Origin: a virus | Direction: 5' to 3' (one strand) | DNA length: 64,000 nt | Virus record (IMG/VR): IMGVR_UViG_3300045125_000031 | Location: 1-64,000 of that record | The notes under the pieces: generated by a model | Seen by the model: the letters and a program-made list of their open reading frames with translations, nothing else | What the model was told of the DNA's origin: nothing | Database searches by the model: none | Made by a program: the position numbers and the translations under genes | In this document: piece by piece, positions 10,631 to 22,343 of the stretch | Position numbering within the stretch: the first letter of the stretch is position 1 | Layout of the letters: every line of letters begins with the position of its first letter

Positions 10631-10912
10631 CCAATCACCAACCTGCTCAGGTAGTTCTAACTTCGTATTCATGGCAAGTCTGACCTTCTTGTTTCCCTCG
10701 CCAATTACAACGATAATGGCTGGATCTCCGTTATTCTTAATAGCATCCGTTGTTGCCTTTGCCCATACATCCTGATTAAGAGTAAATGATTTTCCCACCT
10801 CTTTAAAATCTACAGTAAAGTTATGCCAAGTAGCATCACCTTTCTTAGTATTTCTACCAGAATTTTTGTGCTGCCTGGCACCTATTCTTTTACTCTCGCC
10901 TCTTTCACTCAT
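10630..10912 (-). CDS. PD-(D/E)XK nuclease, Holliday junction resolvase-like
   Basis: E.KRIGARQHKNSG....GDA....FTVDFKE...SFTL...W.K motif; the 3' end runs into the garbled segment. Confidence 0.65.
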
Positions 10913-11081
10913 CTCTTTTTACTTTCTTATATCCAACTTTAAATAACTGTACTTCTGATAAATGCTTTTCAGAGCACATCCAGGATGCCATCCCAGTTGA
11001 AATATATACTCTAATAGTTTTTACTTCTTTTTTACAAGTTTTGCAAGGAAACTTTCCTTCAAATATTGTGTACTTATCCAC
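10905..11081 (-). CDS. Small Zn-ribbon protein
   Basis: GTG start; MDKYTIFEGKFPCKTCKKEVK...W.CSEKHLSEVQLFKVGYKKVKRDE*. Confidence 0.6.
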   Translation of the reverse strand: MDKYTIFEGKFPCKTCKKEVKTIRVYISTGMASWMCSEKHLSEVQLFKVGYKKVKRDE

Positions 11082-12091
11082 TGATCTTAGTCTTAATCAT
11101 TTCTTGTAGATCAAGATCCTCTCTTACTCTATTAACAAATCCATCTCTACCTTGAACCTTTGAACCATCTGGAAGAACATACCAGGCTCCAGTTCTTTCT
11201 ACTATGCCCAAAGATTCAGCAGTGTCAACAAGATCAGCGACAGAGTCAATGCCCAAAGTATCGCCTCTAAAATAGAAATCATACTCACCAGACTGGAAAG
11301 CAGCACTAGTTTTTGAAAACTGGAGTTCCCATCTAACCTTTCTACCAATCTTTTCTTCAATGAGCCTTGTCACCAACATATATCTTTCCTTTCAATGCTT
11401 GATTGTCTGATTCTGATGAAAATAGTTTAATAACAGTAGAAGAATAAAACTTAGTAGCTTGTCCACCAGTTGGCTGTTGGCTTGTATACATTGCATTAAT
11501 ATTATTTCTTGATTGACTAATTAATATAAACAATGTTGGCTTAACTTTATTATTGGCATAGTTAATCATCTTCCACGCATTACTAAAGTCACGAGACTCT
11601 GCACCAATTTGTTTTGTGTTTTCTAATTGCTTAAGTTCGTCAGAATCTTTTTCAAAATAAATAGCAGGTAGCAAGAGATGTAATAGAATCTACAACAATT
11701 AAATCTACTCCAGCCTCCATAAGATTTACACCTACATCAACCATTTCGTTAATTGTTCTAGCCTGTGAAACAATTAGTTTTGATGTATCTACACCTAAGC
11801 TTCTCTGCCCATGACTTTATCATATGACATTTCAGCATCAATCCAAGCACAGATCTTGCCTTCTTGTTGCGCTAAGGCAATTGTCTGTAAACATAGTGAT
11901 GATTTAGCAGATGATTTTGATCCCCATATCAATACCTGTCTACCGTACGGTAGACCACCATTCAGGGCACGATTGAGTCCATAACTGGGTGTTGCTGCAT
12001 ACTCAGTCTTTGGAACTTCATCTCCTACTAATATGCTTTTTCTTAACTTAGGGTTTAACTGTGCTAATACATCTTCAATGCTAACCGACAT
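11074..12091 (-). CDS. recA: RecA/UvsX-like recombinase
   Basis: LNRALNGGLPYGRQVLIWGSKSSAKSS, CAWIDAE, DLIVVDSI, LISQSR, TGGQATKFYSS; 2-3 frameshifts. Confidence 0.92.
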
Positions 12092-15000
12092 TTACATCCT
12101 CCAATATTACGGTACCATCTTTGGTTTTACCAAATTCAAATTTATATGCCTGTCCTTCTTCTATTTTCATATATGCCTTAGCAAATGCTGTAGGGAATAC
12201 TGTTACAGAATGTAACTCTCTAGAGGTATCTGCTAGAGTAAGTGATGCCATTTTTTTACCTGCTTTTGTTATTCTTGGTTTAAAAGATACAACAAATAAC
12301 TCATCATCTTTATATGGAAGCATTCTATAATTTAAAAACTTAATAAGCGCTGCTTCAGACCCTTTTAATTCGTCCACAGGAACAGCACTAACAATTCTAT
12401 TATCAGTTGCAAGAGTGCAATATAACTTCGTCCAGCCTCAATAGTAGTTTGCTCTTCATCAAATACTACCTATGCTTCCAGTCTTATCCAATAATCTCAA
12501 CTCTTGACCACCCCTTGCCACGCTTAATAGCCTTTAACCATTCCCATCAAAATAAAAGAACCCTTTTCTTCAAAGTCCTCTATCTCATTTATAAATGCAT
12601 AATAATGTGATGGAACTAGTTATATTAAATTCTGGAAGATTTAAATACTCATAAAGATTTTCTTTAATCTCATGCATCATTTCTTGGATTATCTGGGAAT
12701 GTATGCAGCACCAATAACTCTCATAGCCTGTAGTGCACGACTGTTTACTCCATTACCTTTTGTAAAAGTAAATTCTTCAACTTCCTCATAAGACTTAAAT
12801 GGTCGTGCTGCAATATATCTTTCTGCAATCTTATCAGAGATAAACTTAATCCTGACAGTCCAAACCGAATACCTTTACCCTCAATTTTAAAATCAATATC
12901 CGAATCATTAATGTGAGGTAGCTTTAATGCTAATACCCATTCTTTTTGCTTCAATAAGATATTCAGTTCTCGCATCTTTATCCTTTTCATTTTTAAGTAA
13001 TGCAATACATAAACTCAAGTGGATAATAATACTTTAACCATGCCGTCCAATACGAGAGCGTAGAGTAAGCAACCGCATGAGATTTGTTGAACGAATAGCC
13101 TGCATGCGCTTCAAAGTCATGCCATAAGATCAAGAGCCTCGATTAGGACTAATAAACTTAGAAGCACCACTAACAAACCTATCACTTGAAATACATCAAA
13201 TTCTCTAGCATCCTTTTTCTTACCAATGATCTTTCTAACCTTATCTGCTTCCGACATGGACATACCGCCAAGTTGTACGCATGCCTGCATAACCTGTTCC
13301 TGATATAGAATACAGCCATAATGTATCTTCCGTAAATGGTTTCATTATTTGGTGTAAATAGTTTACTGCTTGTCTACCATGCTTTACGAGCAATATAGTC
13401 CTTGCCAATTGTATTCATAGCACCTGGACGAACTAAGAGCATTTGATGCAGCAAGCTCTTCTAGATTTTTTACACCCATTTTAACTAAGTAGATTTGTAT
13501 ATGGTGTTGCTTCGCACTGAAATACACCCTTTGTATATCCATCTGAAAGCATTTGATAAACGTTTGTATCATCCATATCAATGTCTAATAGATCTAATAT
13601 CTTGTTCCATGATCTTTCTTTAATCATATTAAGAGTATCCTTAATAACACTCAGTGTTTTTAGACCAAGTGCATCAATCTTAATAAGACCAATTCTTTCA
13701 GCCTCTTCCATATCAACTGCCACAACAGGAATACGCTCATCGGCTACCAGTAGACATTACGTGTCTCCATTGGTGCATACTTAAAGATAGGATCTTTACT
13801 AGTGACAACACCAGCAGCGTGAATACCAGTACCTCTAATACGACCACGTAGTTGTTCTCCATATATTTCCACTTCTGGATATTTCTCTCTGAACCATGCA
13901 GTAGTTTTTGATGTACAGTACTCATCCCAAGTATCTACTAGTCTTTAAAACTTTATTAACATCTGACTAATGGAATATTTAATGCTCGTGCAACATCTCG
14001 TACAACACCTTTATCTTTAAACTCTAAAAATGTTGCAATAGATGCAACATGTCGATACTGTCTAACTAAGATAATCTTTAACTTCATCACGACGAGAATC
14101 CTGAATATCTGTATCAATATCAGGAAAATCATTACGCTCTGGGTTAATAAATCGGAAGAACAATAGTCCATGCTTGAATAGGATCAATATCTGTGATTCC
14201 AAGTGCATAGCAAAGCAAAGATCCAGCAGATGATCCACGACCTGGACCAACCATAATTCCTTCTTTTTTGCCCAAGTTAATCATATTACGAACAACAAGA
14301 AAGTATGGACCAAACTTTTTATCCTGAATAATCTGTTAACTCTTCATCAAGTCTATCTAGATATTCTTGGTTATGTATCAAGACCACGCTCTGCTTAAGC
14401 CTTCCATAGCCAGTTCTTTAATTCTTATCTGGATTTTTATACTGAACTGGTAAGCAGATTTAGATCCATCTTGAATATCATAGTCTTCAATCTTAGTATG
14501 CAATATCAATTGTAGTTACATAAATATCTTCTTCATGATCAATACCTTGCTTTTGCCATAGCCTCTTTCATTTCTTCATATGATAACAAATGAATGTCAA
14601 ACTTATTAAACGACATTTGACGTATCTGCACCATATAAATAATCAAGGCGCTTCATCATGATCACTCTGTTTTTTAGACTTTTCATATGTAACATCTTTT
14701 TGCAATCTTTAGCATGTAGGTATTAAGAATTAACTTTAATTCTTGAATTTCTTTTTGCTGATGGATCAACATGATGGCAGTCTGGAGTTACTACAATCTT
14801 AACCCTAAACTCATCTGCTAATTCAATATATTTCTATTGATTGATTCGTCGGATTGTGTGGCATTACCTCAATATAATAGTCATCGCCAAACTGTTCTTT
14901 AAACCACTTTATATATTTCTTAGCCATGCCAAGTTCGCCTAGTTCGATTGCCTTAGCAATAATACCGCTAGGGCAAGCAGAAGATACAATAATTCCTTCT

Positions 15001-15404
15001 TTATATTTTGCAAGAACTTCAAAGTCAATATCGTGGCTTTCTGTAATAACCTTCTGTCCAAGCAATTTCATTTAGTCTTGTTTAGGTTTTCTAAACCTAG
15101 CCTTATTCTTGGCTAGAAGAACTATATGGTTATAAACCATATCTAATTGATCGGTCTCGTTCTGCCTTTATCTCTTTGATCAAAGCGATCTTCACACATA
15201 TAACCTTCTATGCCAAGAATAGGCTTGATGCCACTTGCTTTAGCAATACGATACATTTCACTGTGCCCAGATAGAGAGCCATGGTCTGTAATAGCAATTG
15301 CTGGCATACCCAACTCTACTAGCACGATCTACGTATTCTGATGGAGTAGCAATACCATCCAATAATGAATAGTGAGTATGTACGTGTAGTGGTACGTAGT
15401 TCAT
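12081..15404 (-). CDS. dnaE: DNA polymerase III alpha subunit (family C)
   Basis: PHP domain [12 protein letters not shown] / [61 protein letters not shown] and a C-terminal OB fold. Confidence 0.95.
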
Positions 15405-15407
15405 CTA

Positions 15408-16063
15408 CTACCAGTCAATATTCGTACGCTGATGTAGATGGAGTGATCAAAACCTAAGATAGAATGCTTCTTGCTCCGCATATGGAATTCGACGCAATGC
15501 CTTCTCTAGAGCGATATGGTTCAACACCTTCCCAGTTAAATGGCTCCGTATCTGGTGCAGCAGGAATCAAAGTGTATGATGTTTCAGTTCCCTGACCATT
15601 ACGCTTTAACTTCCAAACAACGTTTGAGATGCTTCCTGTTTCAAGTGCATACTCACGAATTGTATTAAATGATGATTGCTTGCTGATACCCATTGACCAG
15701 ATTGCAACATATGGTCTTCGATGCCATCGTCAACAAGAACGTTGCAATAAAAACGAAGACTGGCCTCTCCAGCCAGCTCCTTTGGATCCTTGCGGTACAT
15801 TTCTTCAGCCCAGTCACGACCTTCTGTTTCTAGTGTGTCTACAGCCTTGCGCTTGTAATCCTTTGGATTTGTGTGTTCCTTAACAACGAATGCAAGTCCA
15901 CGCTTTTCGTTATAGTTTGCAGAGTCTTCGTCTAACTCTTCAATAAATCTAATCTTTACTGCCTGTCCATCAGCTAACTTTAGCCAGCGAACCTTGGACC
16001 ATTTTCGTCTGTCTTCTTATCTAGTAAAGCATTTATGTTTTTAAGTCCTACTATTTTATTCAT
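15408..16063 (-). CDS. Single-stranded DNA-binding protein (gp32-like)
   Basis: RWLKLADGQAVKIRFIEEL...RFYCNVLVDDG...WKLKRNGQGTETSYTLIP with an acidic/aromatic C-terminus (..IDW*); located between primase and DnaE. Confidence 0.7.
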
Positions 16064-16081
16064 TATTTCTCCTTGTTTTTT

Positions 16082-17045
16082 CTATTGTAGCATAGACAAT
16101 ATTGATTTGTCAAATTGGTATTCCAATTCTTTTATTGACTTGATCGTCCATGTCGCCTATATCTTTGTATTGTTTATCTAAGTTAATCACAGATAACATT
16201 TCCATTTAGTCTTTCAACTATCTTTTCTTTCATGTTACCGCCTGCCTCATCATTATCAGCAATAATAATTATATCACTAAAGTATATTTTTGAAGCAAAT
16301 CTATTTGCTTGGATGATACGTTAGCACCCAATGTAGCAACGGCTGGAAATCCAACCTGGTCTAACCTAATGGCATCAAAAGATGACTCCACAACATATAA
16401 CCTTAGATGCAATTTTACTCTATTTAGAGTTAAATAATATTTTAGTCTTTGGAAGTCCTGGTGTATTCTTAAAGTCTTTACCCTCAATAGATCTTCCAAC
16501 AAACCCTACAGCACAGTCCATCTGCTATTTTGTATTGGAATGGTTACCATGTCTTGGTTTTCAGAATAACCTAAATTCAAATTTTAGTAACAGATTCTTT
16601 AGTAATCTTTACGATTTTAACAAAATAGTCTTTTGCTCTTTGCTGAATTAAGTGCCTGTTCATGAAGCCTTATTAACATACAGTACATGTCAAACTCTGT
16701 CACATTCTGTGCTTTTCGATTAACTTACTATTAACCTCAGACAGAATATCTGTCTCAACCTCTTTACTCTTAATAAATCTAACAGATTCAAAATATGTTC
16801 TATCAGACAAATGCATTACTAAGTTCTATTAGGTCTGCTGTTTTCTGCATGAAAAACAAAAAGAACAATCCAGTATCTTTATTTATTTCTCCTGCAGGTG
16901 GTTCTATGATTTGAATGGAATGGGCAAAATACTATGTATTCGAGACTCTGCTCTTTTCACAGTTACGCCAGATCCTGCGATGTACTCTTTTGATTTGATT
17001 GGCTGTGTATATACTGGCTTGGTTCCGTCTATCCCTAGTATCCAT
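16082..17045 (-). CDS. dnaG: DNA primase (Zn finger plus TOPRIM)
   Basis: N-terminal PFH...FFCFSC Zn-binding region, GFVGRSIEGK, YVVESSFDAIRLDQVGFPAVATLGA, IIADNDEAG, KDIGDM. Confidence 0.85.
16084..16113 (-). promoter_or_regulatory. Consensus promoter upstream of ssb-dnaE-recA
   Basis: TTGACA-N18-TACAAT with extended -10 TGCTACAAT. Confidence 0.7.
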
Positions 17046-17294
17046 TCTGATTTCTTTCTCCTATATATATTCCGTATACGCTTAATTTAAATTCAAAATA
17101 ATTTTTGTTTTCGTTTATATGTATAATGTAAATTCTGGATTGATGTCAATTCTTGGAGCATAGCCAGATAGTCTGCATCTCTGATACCAGTAGCCTGATA
17201 TACTCTTGCTGTAATCTGCTATATGGCAGAGTCATCATTGATGACCCCCGTCCAAAGCAAACCTTTTTATGGGTTTGTGCTGAAATGTCTCCAT
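16960..17294 (-). CDS. Hypothetical protein
   Basis: Fragments RLQQEYIRLLVSEM and GYAPRIDINPEFTL...FEFKLSVYGIYIG lie between helicase and primase; ends approximate. Confidence 0.5.
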
Positions 17295-17312
17295 GGAGCA
17301 TATTATACTGAC

Positions 17313-18552
17313 TTATCTTCATAATCTTTGTACCTATAATATCCCTTGTCAAAGTCTACCTGTACTAAGAAGTCTCCCATAAATCCGTTACGATTCTTTC
17401 TAAATGCACACTCAATAATATCACTATTGGTTACCACGACCAAGTGCTAAAACCCAGTCAGCATCGTAGGCAATCTGTCTTGACCATGCTGTTTGTCCAA
17501 GTGTTGGGACTGTTGACAAATCTTTCACATCATCAGGTGTAGCAGATGAGATAGCAATAATTAGGTACCTCTTCACTAATAGCCATTAAGTTTAAGTTCA
17601 CGAGAAAGATTCTTCATTCGTACAGTTTCATTATCAGACTTTTGGTTTGGTGCCATCAAGTTGTAGGTAGTCAACAATAACAAAGTCTGGTTTGTACTGA
17701 TCAATCTTTCCACGAAGTACCGATTGGATTAATTTCTCCACCAGTATCGTTTGATATGATATGAAACTCTGGTCTACCCTGAACAGTTTTTGTGCATGCC
17801 AATACTTTAAGCATATCAATTTCAACTATCACCATTGAACTAACTTTCTATGTGACCAAAGACCCTCGCCCATAATTGCAAATACACGATTACGAACTTC
17901 CGTCTTCAGACATTTCAAGACTGATAATCATAGGGGCTACGACCCTGCTTCCAAGCCTGTACAGCAAAGTAGAGAGCCAACCAAGACTTTCCTATACCTG
18001 GGTATGCAAGAAATACTCCTAGTTGCCCTGGCATAATTCCTGAAGGTAAGTAGTTATCGAAGCCTGGCAAACCTGTTTTAATTCCAACGCTCCAAGATTC
18101 CTGTTGCTTCTTTAACATTTTCAAAATATGCAACTGCAGAATCTAGATCTGTAACATCAATATCACGAATGGCTGCTGTATTTTTTTTAAGTTCTGATGT
18201 TTTAGTAATTAGATGATTCTAGTGCATCTAATCCTATGACCACCTTGTACATCAGTATGCTGCAGATCGTAATAATATCTTTTAAACTATCATGTTAAGT
18301 ATTCTGTCTGTAATTCTTCAAGGTGATGCTTTGTAGAACCAACACCGTTAATTGGATCAAAATCTCTAAACTTTTCTACAACTAAAGATGCTGGAGGAAC
18401 TGATGCCATTATTTTCATGAATACTTTCTAATAAAGTTGCCAGACATCTAAGTGTGTTCTTAGTATATGTTTCTACATTTGCCTGCAACAAAACATGCAC
18501 TTGCTTGTCTTGAAGAACTGCTGAGATTAGCTTTAGACTCTGTATTATTCAC
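17313..18552 (-). CDS. dnaB: Replicative DnaB-like helicase
   Basis: IKTGLPGFD, Walker A FLAYPGIGKSW, SLEM, VIVDYLQL, SRQIAYDADWV, FRKNRNG. Confidence 0.92.
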
Positions 18553-18863
18553 TCAACCACTCCTTTGCTAATTTTTTACGTTGTCTCACGATCACGTAAG
18601 TCTTTTCTGATTCAGTCTTTGCCTTTTAGTATATCATCTGCAATGTATAAGCAAATGATTCCAAGTTGGATTATCTGCAACTTCAAAATAGTATTCTAGC
18701 AAAGCATAGCAAGTTTCTAATGCGTATAGGACTCAACAAGAATTTCTGCTGACCCACTGCTCTACCACTTAAATTATGTGTTGGAGCATAACCTCATCTT
18801 GAAACTTATAGTGCTTGTCAAAACGACTAAGCAATGCCCATTCGATCTTTGCTTGTCAGTCAT
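18545..18863 (-). CDS. Hypothetical protein upstream of helicase
   Basis: MTDKQRS..LLSRFDKHYKFK...CYALLEYYFEVADNPTWNHF...KLAKEWLSE*; overlaps the dnaB start. Confidence 0.55.
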
Positions 18864-18864
18864 A

Positions 18865-19081
18865 CTAGTTGCTTTCTTCTAGTTCAGACCTTTGCTTCTG
18901 ATATCTTTTCTGAGAGTTTATCTTCAACAAACTTATACACACGCTCAAAAGCCTGGTCTGTAGTTTCTCCATCACGTCTTGACTATCAACAACACCAAGA
19001 TCAAGTCTTAGTGATTGAAAGTTTCCAAGGTTTAGCGTATATCCTAATTGTTACTGATACCTTTGTATCTTCGTTTTCCAT
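18865..19081 (-). CDS. Conserved small hypothetical protein
   Basis: MENEDTKVSVT.GYTLNLGNFQSLRLDLGVVDS.RDGETTDQAFERVYKFVEDKLSEKISEAK. Confidence 0.6.
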
Positions 19082-19096
19082 TTCATACCCTTCTAG

Positions 19097-19642
19097 TTAT
19101 ATTGATTCAGACCAAATTGGTATAAATCTTCCATCTTCAGTTCTTCGTATATGTAAGTATACCATCACCCATTCTGCGAGTCAACTCTTGCCTTTGTTGG
19201 TGTGATATCGTTTGTTATTAAGTTATCTTTTCTTGGTTCTACCAATATGGTATGTAGCCAGTATATCACGAATCTCTCTTACTTGCGATTCTGAGTAATA
19301 AGATCTTACTTGCCATCCACGTTCACCACCTTTTTGTGATCCTGTTGGAAATGGAATAATCCCACGTTTCATTAATGATGGCATATACTTTTTATGCCTA
19401 TTAACAAGATCAGCAGTCTCTCCTACAGTGTAAGCACGTTCTCTTTTAGTTTTAAAATCATTAATCAAACAACTTTCTAATCTATCTTTGTTAATATTAT
19501 ATATTGACATAATGCCGTTTGATCTGTTATAATGCACGATCCTAACAAGATCTTTATTTAAAAACCAAACCTTTTTATTTCCAGGTATTACAGGAGCGCC
19601 ATTGTACTCTTCGCTCGTTCTATTTCCTTTTTTAGTAGCCAT
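19097..19642 (-). CDS. DNA-binding protein with MerR/Xis-like HTH
   Basis: AYTVGETADLVNRHKKYMPSLMKRGIIPFP...RSYYSESQVREIR; frameshift near 19225. Confidence 0.65.
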
Positions 19643-19779
19643 CGACCTTCCTCCGAATCAGATGGTGGATGGAAAAATCTTCTTGATCCACAAGTCAAAC
19701 AATATATCTCTAAATGTGAGACTGAGTTGTATACCCTGTCTATTAACATTTTGCGAAAACATTTCTTACAACTTATCAT
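19588..19779 (-). CDS. Small Zn-ribbon protein
   Basis: CKKC...YCLTCG; 63-aa ORF. Confidence 0.65.
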   Translation of the reverse strand: MISCKKCFRKMLIDRVYNSVSHLEIYCLTCGSRRFFHPPSDSEEGRWLLKKEIERAKSTMALL

Positions 19780-20222
19780 TAAAGAGGTATGCCAACGACC
19801 AATATATTTACGGATACAGATAAGTTTCCAGTTTCATTAAATCGAACTAGGCCCTCCACACGTGAAGTTCCTACACTTTTTAAAACTACGGTTACATTTT
19901 CTCCAGCATTGGTCTGGCCTATGTTAACTGGAGTAGCAGTTGCTACTGGTTTAAATTTAAACTCTGCTGGAAACACATATTCAAAGGTTTCCTCATCGCC
20001 AATATTTTTTGATGAGTTAGTTACAACAACTTTCTCTGTTCCAATAATTCTTGCCTCAGAAGCCTTAACAGACCTTGGCCCATCTCCTGGGATATCAATC
20101 GTTACATACTTTGAAGATGATGGTGATATTTGCTTAGACAACTCATTTACTGCATTAACTATACTATAAATATAGTTTACGTCTAAAGGTTGTCCTCGTT
20201 CTGGTGGTGATATTTGTGCCAT
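19779..20222 (-). CDS. Minor tail protein (small beta domain)
   Basis: Intact 147-aa ORF at the end of the tail-tip module; FPAEFKFKPVATATP motif; GGAGG RBS. Confidence 0.55.
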   Translation of the reverse strand: MAQISPPERGQPLDVNYIYSIVNAVNELSKQISPSSSKYVTIDIPGDGPRSVKASEARIIGTEKVVVTNSSKNIGDEETFEYVFPAEFKFKPVATATPVNIGQTNAGENVTVVLKSVGTSRVEGLVRFNETGNLSVSVNILVVGIPL

Positions 20223-20238
20223 AATTCCTCCTGTATAA

Positions 20239-20660
20239 TTATACCAAACTTAAAGTTCCAGTATAGATAGTATTACTATCTCTTCTTTCTTTGAATATAC
20301 CGCCTATTTGTACCGCTATATCTATGCTTGTTCCACCCTGACTAATGATAGAATAGTTATTTGAGGTAGCGGTTCCATGGTATGTATATTCTGTTTCATT
20401 ATTATATTTTGTAAAAATATCATAAGATGATATGTTAGGTACAGAATCCCAGGCAACTACTATGATAGAGTTAACCCTTTCAATTCTGCCACTCACTATC
20501 TGTAGGCTTTTGCCAATAACTTTATGAATTAAAGACCAGTGTGAGTATCTATTTTTATCTTGTGACGCTATTCTGTATCGAACCAGATACTCTCCGTCCT
20601 TGCCTGCTGGTGGCAAAGACGACCTTGGAATAATTATTTTTTAATACCTTGATCAGCCAT
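20239..20660 (-). CDS. Minor tail protein
   Basis: YLVRYRIASQDKNRYSHWS; beta-rich; position in the tail-tip module. Confidence 0.55.
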
Positions 20661-21809
20661 TATTAATATTCATCCCAAATCTAAATTCAATATAACTTGT
20701 TGTGTTTGATTCTTTAATTACAGTTGCAGAGTCTATGTTTTTAATTACAGAGTATCCAACTAAACCATACAAAGGGTTTATAGATGTAACATTTTCTAAT
20801 CTAACAGCATCTAAACAAATATAGAAATCATCAGAAAGAACATCGTTTTCAATAAATACTGAAGTGTAAACCTTTATAGTGTTTACAGAGTCCCAGTTAA
20901 ACCCTGTACTGCTTTTTCTTAGTTCTTGTAATTGTTTGGTGCTAACAATATATCTGTTATTTGCAAAATCATAGTCTTCTATTATTGCTTCAAATCTTGC
21001 CCACTGACCTTCTCCGTAAACATCTGTGTCTGAAAACTCAATTAATATATAAACCTTGTCTGGATTAATTGGTGAAACATTATTTGCATTTTTATTTACA
21101 ACTGAAAAGGCAAGCCTTATTTCATCCGTAGGAGCATTTTTGCTTAAGTTTAATGCTGTTCCAGTTAACCCTACATAATTACTTCCAGCGTTTGCGTTAA
21201 GTCTTTTTACTCCACTTACCATTTCTGTTGATAGATTTGACATTGATCCATTTGTAATTACAATATTATTTAAAAATCTACATCTCTCGTACCGCTCTAC
21301 TCTTTCAGGGTTTGTAAAAATTCTATTATTTGCATTTGTAGTAAATGCCATTAAGTCTGCCCCATTGTCTTTAATATGTATTTCTCCGCTAGATCCAGTA
21401 GAGTCTAGTGGTTCATATTTGGTATTAATGCAATTTGATTGTTATATTCCCAACCTTCGGACTCAGAAAATGAAAATAATGTTTTGCTATCATAAGCACC
21501 AGCAGTCGGGTTTGCACCAGCAGAATAAACTCCAATTTCAGAAATCTCATATCTTTCTTCTGTTGGAAGTTCTGCGGTAAGCACAACCTTAGCAGTCCCA
21601 TCGTCATCTTTTATATATCCTCTAGATGTAATTGGAACACGAAACATTTCAAAGTCCAGTGATGTTTGGTTAGAATAATCTCCAAATGGAACTTCTGGAT
21701 CTGGGTCTAATGGCTTTGCTCCACAGCCTACCGCAATGTAGGAAGCATACGCTGGGGACTGACCCACAAGGTATTTAGCAATTATATTTTTTCCATTATT
21801 AGTTATCAT
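20653..21809 (-). CDS. Minor tail / baseplate-like protein
   Basis: MITNNGKNIIAKYLVGQSPAYASYIAVGCG...AELPTEERYEISEIGVYSAG; ORFs 21405..21809 and 20653..21351 joined across one frameshift. Confidence 0.65.
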
Positions 21810-21811
21810 AG

Positions 21812-22343
21812 TTATTCCACCTCGTATATTGTATCACTAAGAACAATCCCCTGCTGAAGGATTTGAACCTCTACTCTGCTCTTCCTTACCCATATTAATA
21901 ACATTGATTATAATATCTCCAGTTATTGGATCTGTATATACTATTTTACAGTTTTCTATCTGCTTAGTAGGATCAATGCTGTCAAGCGTATATCCCGTAC
22001 CACATTCTGGGATCCTATCGCTAAGTTTAATTGGGAAATTTTTAAAATATGAATCTGCAGTTTTTTGTAAAGCAAGAATATTTTGAGGGTTATATTGAAA
22101 AAATATAGAACTTAGGTTTTTAATAGGACTATAAACTACGTTTTCTCCATTAATTAAATCACTTCTAGATATAGTAATGATTTCATGACCACCTATATCT
22201 TCAAATATTAAGTCAGTCATTATCTCAATAGGAACAGTGTCAGGCGGAGTAATTATTAAATCTGGTGTTGCTGGTTTAACTGCCTGTGGTCTAGCAATGC
22301 TTGGACTTGATTGTGGAATTTGTGGTGTCGAATTAGTTGCCAT
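21812..22343 (-). CDS. Minor tail protein
   Basis: 168-aa ORF in the tail-tip module, coupled to its neighbours. Confidence 0.55.

Noticed and set aside
12081-15404. Intein or intron in dnaE (also checked in nrdJ, terL, dnaB)
   Set aside because: Gene lengths fit uninterrupted proteins, and no Hint or LAGLIDADG motifs were seen.
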